A DNA stretch of 64,000 nt from Octopus vulgaris (GCA_951406725.2 OX597831.1:26908001-26972000); one strand, 5' to 3'. Positions 14,610 through 29,029 are shown, numbered from the stretch's first letter. Numbers and translations: made by a program. The notes: a model not told the origin generated them from the sequence alone.

Positions 14610-14714
14610 TACACTCATGATAGAAAAAGGCATTGGACCTTAATCTTGAAATCAATTGATATGTAATTGAACCGTTTCATGAATCTGTTTCGTTTATTTG
14701 ATCGATTACGTTTA

Positions 14715-14985
14715 TACTTTATGGTGATATCTTAAAGTAGATTTCAGACATTGGCGTCTTTTTCTGGCATGTTGACGATCAGTGTACGTACTCGCTTGCC
14801 CTTGACCTTCGAAACGCGGAGTAGATGAAACAAAGGCGACTGAAGAAGGGGAATTTTCCTTGTTTTGTATGTCCTGTACTCTATTTTTTCGTTGTTTAAG
14901 AAAAATGTCCATTTCCTTGGTTTTGTGTTTATGTTTTCGTTTCTCATTGTGTTCGACGTTTTTTTTTTGGTGTCCTGTATCCATA
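14715..14985 (+). mobile_element. Short non-coding repeat, family E2, with a hammerhead-like motif
   Basis: Shares tcgaaa..ggagtagat...actgaWgaaggg and the 3' end gtcctgtaYccatata with family E copies, and abuts a TA-rich tract. Confidence 0.55.
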
Positions 14986-15065
14986 TATGCATGTATATAT
15001 ACATGTAGAGGTAGGTACGTACATATATGTATGTATATATGCATATGTTTTATATTTATTTATTA

Positions 15066-15138
<73 letters not shown>

Positions 15139-18100
15139 CATATTTATATATGTGTGTATGTGTGTATACAAACACAGGTGGCCTAGTGGTTAGAGCAGCG
15201 GACTCGCGGGTTTGAAACTTAGACCGGGCGATGTGTATGTTTATAAACGAAAACACCTAAGCGCGGCTCCAACAGAAGGTAATGAGGAACTTCTGCTGAA
15301 TCTTTGGCCACAACTTTCTCTCACTCTTTCCTCCTGCATCAAGCAGGTTAGAAACAAAAATTCCTGAAACGAAATTCTACTGACAAAATATCTGGACGAA
15401 CTGGAGTTATCCCTCTTAGATCAGTTTCCCTTGCGTCTAAAACTGATCGGTGTATAGATGATTGGTTTTCCCTTGTTTTCAACATGAATTTCCTCTGATG
15501 TGGGTACCGACTAAACATCTCTCTCTGGGAGTTTAAGAAAGTTCCTGGGTTAAGCGTTTTCCAGGTTTCTTGCCTTCTCGGCCAAGCATAGCTTACATCA
15601 TTTGCTTCCTTTAAGGTACGGTTCTGGTTGTTCTACGAACCTCCATTTAATTCTGTATGGTGTACTCTCCCTTGTAAACGAAATACGTCGCAGACCAGGG
15701 ACATGATATATACATATACATGTGTGTGTGTGTAATACACACACACACATACGTACTCTGTACAGTACACCATGATTTATCCTAGAAAGATATTTTTCAT
15801 CAAAAGTACTCAATAGATGTTCTAATAAATTCGAATTATTTAAAGTAGTACACACTCATACATGTATGCATTCATACATGCCTACGTATATGTGCATATG
15901 TATATATACACACAATCTGACAATCATATATGTATATGTACACACACAAACATATATATATGCTAACATGATACCGGTCAAGTATAGTGATGTTTACATA
16001 TTAGTCTCCTTTCAGCATCTGTTGACCTTTCTGCTTCAAGCTTCACTACATTGTCTTCTTGTGTCTCATTTTGTTTTCTTTCAGTTTTACCTCCAGCGAT
16101 TTTTCTGTTTCTTCTTGTGCTTCTTGTTATGTTGTAAGACTTCTCTTTAATCAACTTTATGAATAACTGACGTAATTTCCACGTCACTCTGCGCCAAACT
16201 GTCGCGTAGTCAGACTGTATGCAAGTGTTCCAGTAATTTTGCAATGTCGATTCTTTTTCTAAATTTTTTACCATCCTTATAATTCAAAATGACATGATGT
16301 AATAAAAGAAAACATCTTTTTTTTCAAGGCGTGTAAATTTAAAGGTTGTGCAGAAATTTTAGTTAATTAATAAATGAGAACAAGACTTCTTAATATCACA
16401 TGGTTACTAATTTTATGGCGTATAAAAAATGTAAGCTGATTTTGAGGAACAAAAACTAAAACGTAAATTGCAACAGTTTTCTTCTTCAAAAACATGACTC
16501 TAAAATGGCGAACAGGAAACACCTAAAACTTGTCTCATATAAAACCTATGTCGTGTTATTAATGCCTGAAGTCTGAGGTTAGGGTATCAAGTCGAATATT
16601 AGTCTATGAAGTCTCGTGTTAATGTATAAAATTGAAATCCGCATGTAAAACCGTGTAAAACTCAATGTTAAGATAATTGATGGGTAACTCTGGCACTTTT
16701 TTTTAAATGCATGGAATTGTGGTGAATCTTTAAGTGGAAACACTTCACAAGATGGGAATCCATTCATCTTCATCTATTATCCCTAGGAGTGTCGCATGCA
16801 TAGAGTCCTCGGACCCCTTCGCCATAAGCTCCTATCGGAAGCAATCGTTATTAGACTTAGAAGGTGGATTCCCAATCGGAATCAACTACGACAATGGATA
16901 TTATCCAATATTCTCGTTCTTAGTCTTCCCACTATTTCTCCTGTCAGACGAAGAATCTGTCCTGGGATTCTTTCCTGCAACATTCCAATCACACGCCTAT
17001 AATACCGAAGCTGTGACCTCTCTGCATTGAGAGGTCACTAGATAAACAATTTAGAAAATTTTTAAACGAATTTATTAGATCTGAGGGCCTTATTTTAGCA
17101 CAGTTTTACAAGGTTAACTAAATCATACTAGAATTGTACCTCTAATTGGAGAGGGGTATGTACAAATTCTGGTAGTTTGTATTGCCCGAAGACCGAAGCT
17201 GAAGAGAAATTTAGGAGACCAAGAAGCCTTAGAGATATTATGAATCCTTTACCTATTTATCAATTCAAAGAATTCGTGGTTTCAGAGATTATTCTTATGC
17301 CAGGTTACTACTAATCACTTTGTCCTTGAGGTGAGGGACTTCCAGACAAATATTCTGAAAATTTTCCTCCATAAAATGAAGACATTGTTGCTTCATAACA
17401 ATATCCAGTGCAGCTTAATGCAGGGAAGATAGTTGGTAGCCATGACGGAATGAAATATCTTTCGCTGTCTCCTAAAAAATCAGTTATAGTAGAAACTACG
17501 CCTTTAAGTATGAACCTTTCAATTTCGTAGTTACTTCGAAGGAGTTGAAAACTAGGATTTTAGTAAATAGCTGAAAGACGTTGCATTACAGGGAAGCTAA
17601 ATGAATTTTGAAGGATTTTAAGTAAATTATTGCGAAGGCACCTTTATGAATGCTGGAAACTGGAGAAAAAAAGACTGATAATGTTCAGGAACGGATGGGA
17701 AAGGAAGAAGGTGATTCTAGCTGTCAGCTGTTTAATGGTAAATAAATTATAGATTAGCGAGGAAGTTGTATCATCACACTCCACACTGTCTGAAATAAGG
17801 ACTTTCATAAACTTCGCTATCCACTACATAGGAATATTTTATGACCGCGAGGTTACCCTACTCAATAAATACTTAGGAGAGTTCAGGTAGATTATAAATA
17901 AGAATGAACGTCAGAGTAGAAAGTAACTGAGGCTGAAAGCATTTTCTAAGTTAACTTCCTCAGATCCCTCTATTATTTCATCTCATTATCTGTTCAAGCG
18001 AAAGCAGACGACATCAATATCGTCATTTGCAGCCGACACTACCACTTCACTTTACAGCATGAATTACAATAGAATCTTCGGCTTTATAAACTGAATAAAC

Positions 18101-18301
18101 ACTTGTGTACGACCAGCTAACGTTAGAATAAAATGTACTCCGTCAAAACGTTGTTGAAAGCATTTTTACACTAAAGACAATAAAAATAATGCTTAAGCGA
18201 CCTTGTCGCAGACTTTCGGTATTAGCGCACGCACAGACACACACAAGCACACACACACATTTATGTGTCTACGCGTAGGCCTGCGCTCTTTGGCATGAGG
18301 G

Positions 18302-18333
<32 letters not shown>

Positions 18334-18388
18334 TGTATGTATGTATGTATGTATGTATGTATGTATGTGTATATATATATATATAATG

Positions 18389-18422
<34 letters not shown>

Positions 18423-18458
18423 ATGTATATATGTATATATATAATGTATATATGTATG

Positions 18459-18491
<33 letters not shown>

Positions 18492-18507
18492 TATTTATAT
18501 ATATATA

Positions 18508-18534
<27 letters not shown>

Positions 18535-18544
<10 letters not shown>

Positions 18545-18911
18545 GGCAGTTTGTCTGTGCGTGTTTCTGTGTGTCTGTTTGCTTGTACCCTCATCCTCAC
18601 CACGGCTTTCAACCGATTCTGATGAAACTTGACACACACATAGCCCAATGTCATAATTCAAAACTAACGCAGCGAAAATTTTGAAAAGTTCCCCCAGTTC
18701 TGAAAAAATCGATAAATTCGACATGGGGTCGAGAATCAGGAACACAAACCACAAACTGTGTAGGGGACGCAACTCCACCTTTTTTAACTATCAAAAAAAA
18801 ATTTACCATCATTTTTTTCCATTTTTTTGCTATTTTTTGGCTATAGCTCTCTAAAAATGCTTTATAGTTATTTCCCTTACAAACCTGAGCAACGCCGGGC
18901 GATACTGCTAG
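18535..18911 (+). mobile_element. Non-autonomous Helitron
   Basis: The 5' part reads tatataaacggcagtttgtctgt...aaccgattctgatgaaactt. The 3' end has a GC-rich hairpin cctgagcaacgccggg followed by CTAG then T. Confidence 0.8.
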
Positions 18912-18941
18912 TATATATATATATATATATATATGCATATA

Positions 18942-19265
18942 TGGACACAGAACGTCACCAACTGTAAACTACATGAAATACGAAAACAAACGAGTTAGAT
19001 ACGCGAACAACGAGAGAGAAAATAGAAAACAGGACAAGTAACACGAAGAACGACCCTTCATCCGTTGTCGGCTGTCTATCTACTCTTCATTTCGAGCATT
19101 CAAAAACAATATGCGTCTTCGAAGACAGTTGCTCCCATAACATCCAAAATAAAATTTTTGATTTAGGGAGGGTCAAAATTGGGAACAAAAACAGGACAAT
19201 GGAGACAAATAAGGAAACTGAACGTAGACAAACATGGAGGATCGTTATACCAGAACGAGGGGAAA
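18942..19265 (-). mobile_element. Short non-coding repeat, family E
   Basis: Reverse complement aligns by eye with 63010-63330. Confidence 0.8.
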
Positions 19266-19267
19266 AT

Positions 19268-19640
19268 AGGCGCCAGAGTGGCTATGCAGTAAGTGGCTTG
19301 CTTTTCAAACAGATGGTTCCGAGTTCAGTCTCACTGCGTGGCACCTTGGGCAAGTGTCTTCTGCTACAGCTTAGGGACGACCAAAAGTCTTCTGAGTGGA
19401 TTTAAGAGACGGAAACAGAAAGAAGCCCGTCGAGTGGGGGGAAGGGTCGCTCCGCCATCGTTTGACAACAAGTGCTGATGTGTTTATGTCCACGTAACTA
19501 GCGGTTCATCAAAAGATACCGATAGAATAAATACTAGGATAACAAAGAATAAGTACTGGGGGTCGATTTCTTCGACTGCCATGCTTTATGGCGGTGCTCC
19601 AGTGGGGTCGCAGTCAAATGACTGAAACAAGTGCAAGAAT
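19268..19640 (+). mobile_element. SINE family A (further copies at 13133, 20735, 23185 minus, 24770, 28395 minus, 33600, 39845, 44778 minus, 46910 minus, 49340, 49905, 55330 minus, 56875, 63420, 63650, 63900)
   Basis: Has the same head, core and tail strings as the 34219 copy. Confidence 0.85.
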
Positions 19641-19692
19641 AAATGAATGAAAGAATGTAAAAGTTAAATAGATAGAAAGATAGACTGACAGC

Positions 19693-19728
<36 letters not shown>

Positions 19729-19733
19729 TAGAC

Positions 19734-19803
<70 letters not shown>

Positions 19804-19816
19804 GTAGGTAGGTAGG

Positions 19817-19904
<88 letters not shown>

Positions 19905-20005
19905 CGCATACATACATACATTCCTACATCTTTTTATTCATTTTCTATATGTATGTCTATATACATACATACATACATACATACATACATACATACATAC
20001 ATACA

Positions 20006-20037
<32 letters not shown>

Positions 20038-21490
20038 CATACATGCATACATATACATACACTTACATACATTTATACACATATGTATATGTGTGTGTAT
20101 GTGTGTCTATAATGAAATACAGAATGGTATTTGTATTTCCTGTGAAAAAAATTAAGTGGATGAGATACTTCCGGTCGAGGAAAGAGTTCATGGAGTACTC
20201 ACTCTGATCGTCCAACTCCATACTTTGAGGGTTCACTCATATCTTCCCACTCAACGACAGATTGCTTGGTGATGGTGATGTGGGGGTTGGAGCAGTAGTA
20301 ATGGTAGTTTTATGAGTGATGGTGATGATGCTGGCGGCAATAGTTATATTGGTTATATGAAGTTACAGTGGTAGTAGTAGTAGTGGTGGGGGGATGGTGG
20401 CGGCGATTTTAGTGGTGGTGTCGATGCTGCAGATGGTATAGTTCTTCTTTAGATGGTTAGGTGTAGAGAGAGAATATTTCCAATGAGTCCTTGATATTTT
20501 TGTTATTTTAGATGATTAATTGAGATTTAGCTGTTGTTACCAGCAAATCGATCGAACACGTAGACGAACCAGCATTGTTGTTGCTGTTGATATTCCTCTA
20601 CGTCAATGGTTCTTCACTAGGGTCCATATGGCTCCTGAATGTCCATATAAGATTTTGGGGTGCCCACGCAACAAAATAGTAAATTACGGATCCATAATAG
20701 TAGTTTAAGGGCTCCTGAAAAAAATTATATATGCCGGTTCAGTCCCACTGCGTGGTATCTTGGGCAGGTGTCGTCTATTATAGCCTCGGGCCGACCAAAG
20801 CCTTGTGAGTGGATTTGGTAGATGGAAACTGAAAGAAGCCCGTCGTATATATGTATGTGTGTGTGTGTGTGTATGTTTGTGTGTCTGTGTTTGTCCCCCC
20901 TCCACATCGCTTGACAACCGATGCTGTGTTTACGTCGCCGTAACTTAGCGGTTCGGCTAAAGAGACCGATAGAATAAGTACTAGACTTACAAAGAATAAT
21001 TCCTGGGGTCGATTTGCTAGACTAAAGAAGGCGGTGCTCTAGCATGGCCACAGTCAAATGACTGAAACAAGTAAAAGAGTATATACGGGTACGGGACGTC
21101 ACCAGCTGTAAACAACATGAAGTACGACGGAGGGGAAGGTGGCGGCATCAGGGACAGTGGTGGCGGGGGCAGCAGTGGAGTGATGTTCTGAGGTGGTCTT
21201 CTAGAGAGGTTGTCTAGATTAGCGTCTTGAGATGTTGTTCTGGGCGAGGGGTGGTCTTCTGGTCTAATATCCTGGGGAGCTGTTCTAGGATAATGTTCTG
21301 AGCTGGTCTTCTTGGAAGACGTTCTGGATTGACCTCTACCGATTCTGCCAGGTCGCCGCCTTATGCTTTTTGAATATCAATAAGAATATAAATATCTATG
21401 ATTTTGTAATGATTTTACAAAATATTACATGTAATCCATGCACTTCTCATCCAAAGTTTAAAAAGCAACACACACGCACTTACACGCTTA

Positions 21491-21528
21491 TCTTTCTGTC
21501 GAAGAGCGTAGGCTCGAAACGTAAAAGA
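21491..21528 (+). ncRNA. Minimal type-I hammerhead-like motif, variant core CUGUCGA (family F element 21490-21623)
   Basis: Stem I tcttt/aaaga, core ctgtcga+a, stem II gagc-gtag-gctc, GAAA, palindromic ACGT stem III, GUA site. Confidence 0.6.
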
Positions 21529-21640
21529 CTTGTTTTATTTCTATTCCTGAGCGTCATACTAATACATTTGTTTGTTTGTACTCCACCTGCCTTCGTCTTT
21601 TGTTTATTTTCGTAAACCTTCCCGTTATACATATATATAT

Positions 21641-21962
<322 letters not shown>

Positions 21963-21964
21963 CA

Positions 21965-22008
<44 letters not shown>

Positions 22009-22919
22009 ATATGTATGTATGTATGTATGTATATTATGATGCTCGCTCCTGTCGGTTTCGACATATAAGTGTTTGAAGGAGAAGACTTAAAGTCAAAGAA
22101 AGAAAGAAAGAAAAACATTAAGAAGCTGCGTCTATTTGCGATGGATGCGTGAATGTAATTTGTGTCCAGGGATGTATTTTGCTATGAAGTCGCAATGGAG
22201 ATAGGGCTAATGTGTCAGTTGGTTGCAGGCTAGAGTTCGTCTATTGTTCATCTTTTTCAACTCAAATTGTTTGGATGCACCGTAACATATGTTACGCCAT
22301 GTAAATCGACTTAGGCAATGACTTTCCCAAAATGTTAAGTTAAGCTATAGAGATTTTAGTGATTGCCTCAACTTATCTTCGTACCTAAGGACAGGTCTTT
22401 CTTTATCGCAATATCCCTCCACTTGTTGGCATTACAAAAGAATTTTTGGAATGCGGTCATTTTTCTTTCGAACAACATGTCCTACCCAACTGCACCGAAT
22501 TCTCATCAGCATGCTTTGGATACTGGAGGTATCACATTTTTCTAAGATTTTGACTTTGAATATCTTATTTGCCATTTTACGTTGCATATGTTGCGCAAAC
22601 AGCATATGTGAAAGGTTTCAAGTTTCTTTATATGTCTGCAGTATGAAGTCGATGATTCTATCCCATACAAAATGTGCTCTAAGTACAAGATTTATATACA
22701 CTTATTTTCATTTTCTGACTGACATCGTGTTCATCCCACAAAAGATGGCAAAGTATTTGTAGTGGCTTCATGCTGGCATAGCATGTATTCGATCCTTGAT
22801 TGCCAAATTTCACTTAACACTTCAACAGCGCTTTTTTCATGGTAAAACTATAGTTTTTTTTCTGTGAATGACAGCAGTTATACATTTCCCAGATGCCTTC
22901 GCTGAGCAGAATAATGTCT

Positions 22920-23145
22920 TTGCCCCTCGCCAACCTCCGACAACCCCTCTCACCAACTTCTGACAATCTTTCTCGCTAACCTCCTAAAACCTCTCCCTCC
23001 TCCAGCTGACAGTTTCTTGTACTTTTTCGTGACGGAAAATACACCTTTTGTGGAAGTTATAACGAAATTGCTTTCTTATATCAGAGTAATAAGGTGTTTC
23101 AATAGAACATCTTTACCCCCGGGAATTACCGCGGGGTAAAACTAG
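22920..23145 (+). mobile_element. Helitron 3' terminus (5' extent uncertain, possibly back to ~22.1 kb)
   Basis: Hairpin tttaccccc...ggggtaaa is followed by CTAG (23142-23145) then T. Confidence 0.65.
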
Positions 23146-24201
23146 TATATACATATACACGCATGTATATACATATGCACAAATACACACACGCATACGA
23201 CGGGCTTCTTTCAGTTTTCTTCTGCCAAATCCACTCACAAGGCTTTGATCGGCCTGACGCTGTTGTAGAAGACTCCTATTCAAGGTGCCATACAGTGGGA
23301 CTGAACTCGGAACCATGAGCTTGGGAAGCAAGGGAATAAATGAGATAAAAATAATTCTCCACGGAGTTACTGTTTCCAACCGACAACTCAGGACTCAGAT
23401 TATTTCAAAGCACGCACGCACACACACACACACTGACACACACACATGTATGCGTATGTATATATATATATATATATATTTACACACATACATATATATA
23501 TATAATGTTGATACACGCATATATATAATACACACACACACATGTAAATGTATACACACCCGCATAAACACGCACACACACGCACACACACACACACACG
23601 TTCACACGCATCACTCCACGCACGCGACGGCACAACGCAAGGAGACCATGCACCAGTGCGTCGGCCACCAAATATCTCCAGCGCCATCTAGTGTAAGGTC
23701 TTATTTCCGGAAGAAAAAAAAAAACCCTTTCGTACAGTGCCGCCAACAACAAGAGATTAGAAGGGATGAAGTGTTAATTAAGAGCAATCAGACGGTTCTT
23801 CTGTCCACTTGAAGCTGTCTCTCCATTGTCGCCATTGTCGACGGCATCATTGTTATTGGTGGCTGAGGCGGAAGTTGATGGGTGTGGCAGTGGTGGAGAG
23901 GCTGAGGAAGATCACCGCCATTCACTCCCTCCCACGTCAGCCTCTTGCCATTTAACAGACAATTATAAACGACACTAATATAATGCCCGCGCGCACACAC
24001 ACACACTCACACACACACGCACACACATACACACACACAAGCACACTTACACACACGCATTCAAGGATATACATGTAGATAAACTCATTATGTATCCCCT
24101 GCTTTTGTGTCAATCATCAGTGCAAACGGCTCAAAATAACATAATTTATGTATGTTTGTTTGTTTGGCTGTTTGCGTGTGGTGAGTACATGTATGGGGAA
24201 A

Positions 24202-24236
<35 letters not shown>

Positions 24237-24294
24237 TGTATGTATGTATGTATGTATGTATGTATGTGTGTATATATGTGTGTATGTATGTATG

Positions 24295-24328
<34 letters not shown>

Positions 24329-25092
24329 TGTATGTATGTATGTATGTACGTATGTATGTGTGTATATATGTATGTATGTATGTACGTATGTATGTATGTA
24401 TGTATGTATATATACGTATGTATACTCTCACACGCATAAATGCACATACACAGACACAGGCGCAACCACTTATCTCTCTCTCACTCACTCTCTATATAAT
24501 ACACACACACACATGCTTGTACGTATGCAATACGCACACACCCATGTATATATTTTTAAGTGTGTGTGGATATATATATGTGTATATATATATAGAGAGA
24601 GAGAGTGAGAGAGAGACAGAGAGAGAGAGAGACAGTGAGACAGAGAGAGAAACTGACAAACAGAGAGAGAGCTATTTGCATGCATATATACGTGCATGTA
24701 TGTATGTATGTATGTATGTATGTATGTATGTATGTATGTATGTATGTATGTATGTATGTATGTATAAACAGGTGCAGGCGTGGCTCTGTGGTAAGAAGTT
24801 TGCTTCCTAACCACACGGTTCTAGGTTCAGTCCCACTGTATGCATTCGTATCTATGCGTTTGTGTTTTTCTCTACCAGCCGCTTCACAACCGATGCTGGT
24901 GTGTTTACACCCCCGTCATCTAGCGGTTCGGAAAAAAAAGAGACCGATAGAATCAGTACTAGGCTTACAAAGAATAAGTCCTGGGGTCGATTTGCACGAC
25001 TAAAGGCTGTGCTCCAGCATGGCCACAGTCAAATGACTGAAACAAATAAAAGAAAAAAAAAAAGATATATATATATATATATATATATATGT

Positions 25093-25374
25093 GGAGGCGC
25101 AATGGCCCAGTGGTTAGGGCAGCGGACTCGCGGTCGTAGGATCGCGGTTTCGATTCCCAGACCAGGCTTTGTAAGTGTTTATTGAGCGAAAACACCTAAG
25201 AGCTCCACGAGGGGGTGGTGATCCCTGCTGTACTCTTTCACCACTCTTTCTCTCACTCTTTCTTCTGTTGGCCTGCTCGATTAGCCAGCGGGGTGGCGTC
25301 ATTCGAAGGCTAAAACAATGCGAACGTATTGTGACCAGCGATCTGTAACTACATCTGATGGACTGCTGGTCGGT

Positions 25375-25381
<7 letters not shown>
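25093..25381 (+). mobile_element. SINE head C with a third type of tail
   Basis: Head C is followed by ggcctgctcgattagccagcgggg...ggtcggtcacgtga and then (TA)n. Confidence 0.8.
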
Positions 25382-25435
<54 letters not shown>

Positions 25436-25706
25436 AGAGTTCACACAAGAGTTACTCCATTCCGTAACTCTTGTGTTCTTATTCGCACATCCGGTAACCC
25501 TGGTTGCGTATCATTAAATATAATAATAACTTTTTTTCAGCTTAATCGTACCTCAATACAAAAAAAAAATCCACAACCTTCCGTCTCAATAAACCAACAT
25601 TGTCAACTGAAAGTTGTTTTTTATATTTACTACGGATTGATTGCTTGAAGCTAATATTCTTCCTACAACTCGATCCGTGGACCATGCATTTATATATGTA
25701 TATATA

Positions 25707-26370
25707 GACGCAGGAGTAGCTTAGTGGTAACAAGCTTGCTTCCCAAACCACATGGTTCCTGGTTCAGTTCCACTGCGTGGCACATTGGACGAAGCGACTT
25801 CTACTGTAGCTTTGGGCCGACCAAAGCATTGTGACTGGATTTGGTAGACGGAAACGGAAAGGAACCCGTCGTATGTGTGTATATATATATATTTTTTTCA
25901 AAATGTGTCCTCGTGTGTACCGTTGGCGATTTTTTTCCTCTGTCTTCCCTTCTCTGGATCTTTCCTTCTCCTATGTTCCCGACGAAGAGCTCCGCTCGAA
26001 ACGTTAAACCGTCCTTCTTTCCTTCTTTCCTGAGCGTCCATTAATACTATATTTGTTCCACGTCCTCGCGTTGTTGTGTTTTTTTGTGCTTTCTTGTTTG
26101 GATTATACATACATACATACATACATACATACATACATACATACATACACACACACATATATATATGTATGTATTTGTGCGTCTGTGTTTGTCCCCCCAC
26201 CATCGCTTGACAACCTATGTTGGTGTGTTTACGTCTCCGTACACTAGCGGTTCGGCAAAAGAACCGATAGAGTAAGTAAGAGGCTTACAAAGAAGTCCTG
26301 AGGCTCGATCTGTTCGACTAAAGGCAGTGCTCCAGCATGGCCGCAGTCAAATGACTGAAACGAGTAAATG
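25707..26370 (+). mobile_element. SINE family A with an F-related element (25900-26105) nested in its internal microsatellite
   Basis: The SINE 5' half ends at cccgtcgtatgtg and the 3' half resumes at tgtgcgtctgtgtttgtcccc. Confidence 0.85.
25975..26009 (+). ncRNA. Minimal hammerhead-like motif (F-related subfamily, core CCGACGA)
   Basis: gttc-ccgacga-a-gagc-tcc-gctc-gaaa-cgtt-aaac, with palindromic AACGTT. Confidence 0.55.
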
Positions 26371-26471
26371 TGTGTATATATATATGTGTATATATATATA
26401 TATATATGTGTGTGTATATATATATGTGTGTGTATATATATATATATGTGTGTGTATATATATATATATAC

Positions 26472-26510
<39 letters not shown>

Positions 26511-26590
26511 GTACACCTATATTTCATTCAGATGTACACTTACTCATACACACACCTTTCATCCACATGCATATATGCGCGCGCGCGTGT

Positions 26591-26632
<42 letters not shown>

Positions 26633-27015
26633 ATGTGTGTGTATGTATGTATGTACGTACGTTTGAATGAATAACTGTATCTATCTATAAACAAACGCGG
26701 ATATATCGGACAGGAAGAGCGTAGATCTCATACCGGAAATCAAGTGTGGGTTTCCCTTTGTTTCACCCTGATGACTTCCTCTACCGTCACCTCCCCTCCC
26801 CCGCATCTGCCAACACCTATTCAGTGTATAGACTGTTCATACATCTGTGTGTCTGTGTGTGTGTGTGTGTATCCTTCTTTTATCTTTTACTTGTTTTAGT
26901 CATTGGACGGCGACCATGCTGGAGCTCTGCCCCCGAAAGGTTTAGACGAATAAATTGCCTTCAGTACTTTGTATGCATTGAAATATATGCATTCGTGTGC
27001 GCATGCGTATATGTA

Positions 27016-27051
<36 letters not shown>

Positions 27052-27205
27052 TGTGTGTGTGTGTGTGTGTATGTTATAAACTGGATCTCGGTCAACATAT
27101 ATGATAATAGGTGTTGAGTTGTATGTTCAACTGAAAGTGCATTCAACGGAATTAAAACATACGTGGCTGAGTATACCGTAAGCCTTACCAAGTAGAATTA
27201 GCATG

Positions 27206-27244
<39 letters not shown>

Positions 27245-27451
27245 CGAAAGACATGGATAGATCTTTTGAATTATTGGCAAAATCTAACATTGGGGATTCT
27301 ATACAGTTCACCTCATTCGAAAGGGGTGAGTCGAACAGAGCTGTAGAAAAATAACACCTGCTTCAGATGCCGCGGAGTGGAATCAAAACACGAACATCTT
27401 AATTGCAAAACAAATTTCATAATCGTTAGGCCAAACCGCGCTTACATTTAC

Positions 27452-27523
<72 letters not shown>

Positions 27524-27564
27524 GTCTGTCTGTCTATCTTACTGTCTATCTTTTTTCTTCTCTC

Positions 27565-27665
<101 letters not shown>

Positions 27666-27778
27666 GAGTGTGTGTGTGTGTGTAAATTAAAGAACCACCA
27701 TGTAGCCATGCTGATGCACCGCCATTTGTATGTAATTGCTACATAGTGGTTCTTTAATTCACACACACACACACACAC

Positions 27779-27866
<88 letters not shown>

Positions 27867-28007
27867 AATTAAAAATGAGGGTGTCTAAAAGACACCAACA
27901 TGCCGAAATAGCAGTCGAAACTCTGACTATAAAACCACGTTAAATGTTCATATCGCACCATGAGGTAAAGCGGAGGGACAAAACATACAAGCAAAAATTA
28001 TTGAATA

Positions 28008-28067
28008 ATTCAAGATCCAAGGATTTCTGGTTCTGCTTTAGATAAGCTTTACCGTCATCAATTGAAT
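28008..28067 (-). ncRNA. Type-I hammerhead motif, core UUGAUGA (family G element ~27868-28080)
   Basis: Minus strand reads attcaa-TTGATGA-c-ggt...acc-a-GAAA-tcc-tt-gga-TC-ttgaat. Stem I is 6 bp and stem III is 4 bp. Confidence 0.75.
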
Positions 28068-28220
28068 ATATCAAGGGTACATAAATACAGATATATATAT
28101 GCACAGCAAACGATATACTTACATATACGAGCGCATATATATATATATATATATGAGAAAGAAAAAAAGCAGAGAAAGTTAGATAGATAGACAGACAGAC
28201 AGATAGATAGATAGATAGAC

Positions 28221-28280
<60 letters not shown>

Positions 28281-28285
28281 TTATT

Positions 28286-28317
<32 letters not shown>

Positions 28318-28604
28318 ATATAGATATTTATATATACATGTATTTATATGTATTCTCGTGTACATGTGCGCTTACATTTATGTATATGCATTTGTATTCT
28401 TTTATTCTTATTCTTGTTTCGGTCATTTGACTGTGGCCATGCTGGAGCACCGCCTTTAGTCGAACAAATCGACCCCAGGACTTATTCATTGTAAGCGTGG
28501 TACTTATTCTGTCGGTCTCTTTGGCCGAACCGCTAAGTTACAGGGAGATAAACACACCAGCATCGGTTGTCAAGTGATGGCAGGGGGACAAACGCGGACA
28601 CAAA

Positions 28605-28790
28605 CATTCTCCCAAAACGTTCGTCAGTATCGACTGTTTTCGGCCATCTTAGAAATGTCTGAACCACTCGTACACTTGTGTGCGGCATATACACTCCTCT
28701 CTATACACTTTCTGCAACTTTGCGTAGGCCTATGAGCACATATTGTATGAAAACTTTCTCTCTCATGGTCAATGCGACGATCACACGCTA
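28605..28790 (-). pseudogene. Decayed mariner transposase N-terminal HTH fragment
   Basis: Minus strand translates by hand as KVYREECICRTQVYEWFRHF*DGRK, resembling the mariner 'YxWFxRFKxG' motif. It contains a stop and a frameshift. Confidence 0.65.
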
Positions 28791-28897
28791 CACACGTTCC
28801 TTCCAAGCAGTGCTGTAAACAGTGGAAGTGAGGTAGAACGTTTAAACTGATCTCCGCATGCACAGCGGAGATCAAGGTCAATCTTTGCCAATGCGTA

Positions 28898-28963
<66 letters not shown>

Positions 28964-29029
28964 TCCCTTTACATACTGAACACTTGATGAAATTGATTAA
29001 TAACTAATTAACTTTACCCTCCCTTGTTG

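Noticed and set aside
22080-22900. Possible Helitron helicase remnant (minus-strand LLWDEH-like and FGKVI-like peptides)
   Set aside because: The motif spacing is far larger than in PIF1 helicases, and I could not reconstruct a frame.
28615-28650. Minus-strand GAAA...CTGACGA resembling a permuted hammerhead
   Set aside because: It lies within the mariner HTH coding remnant and no stems form.
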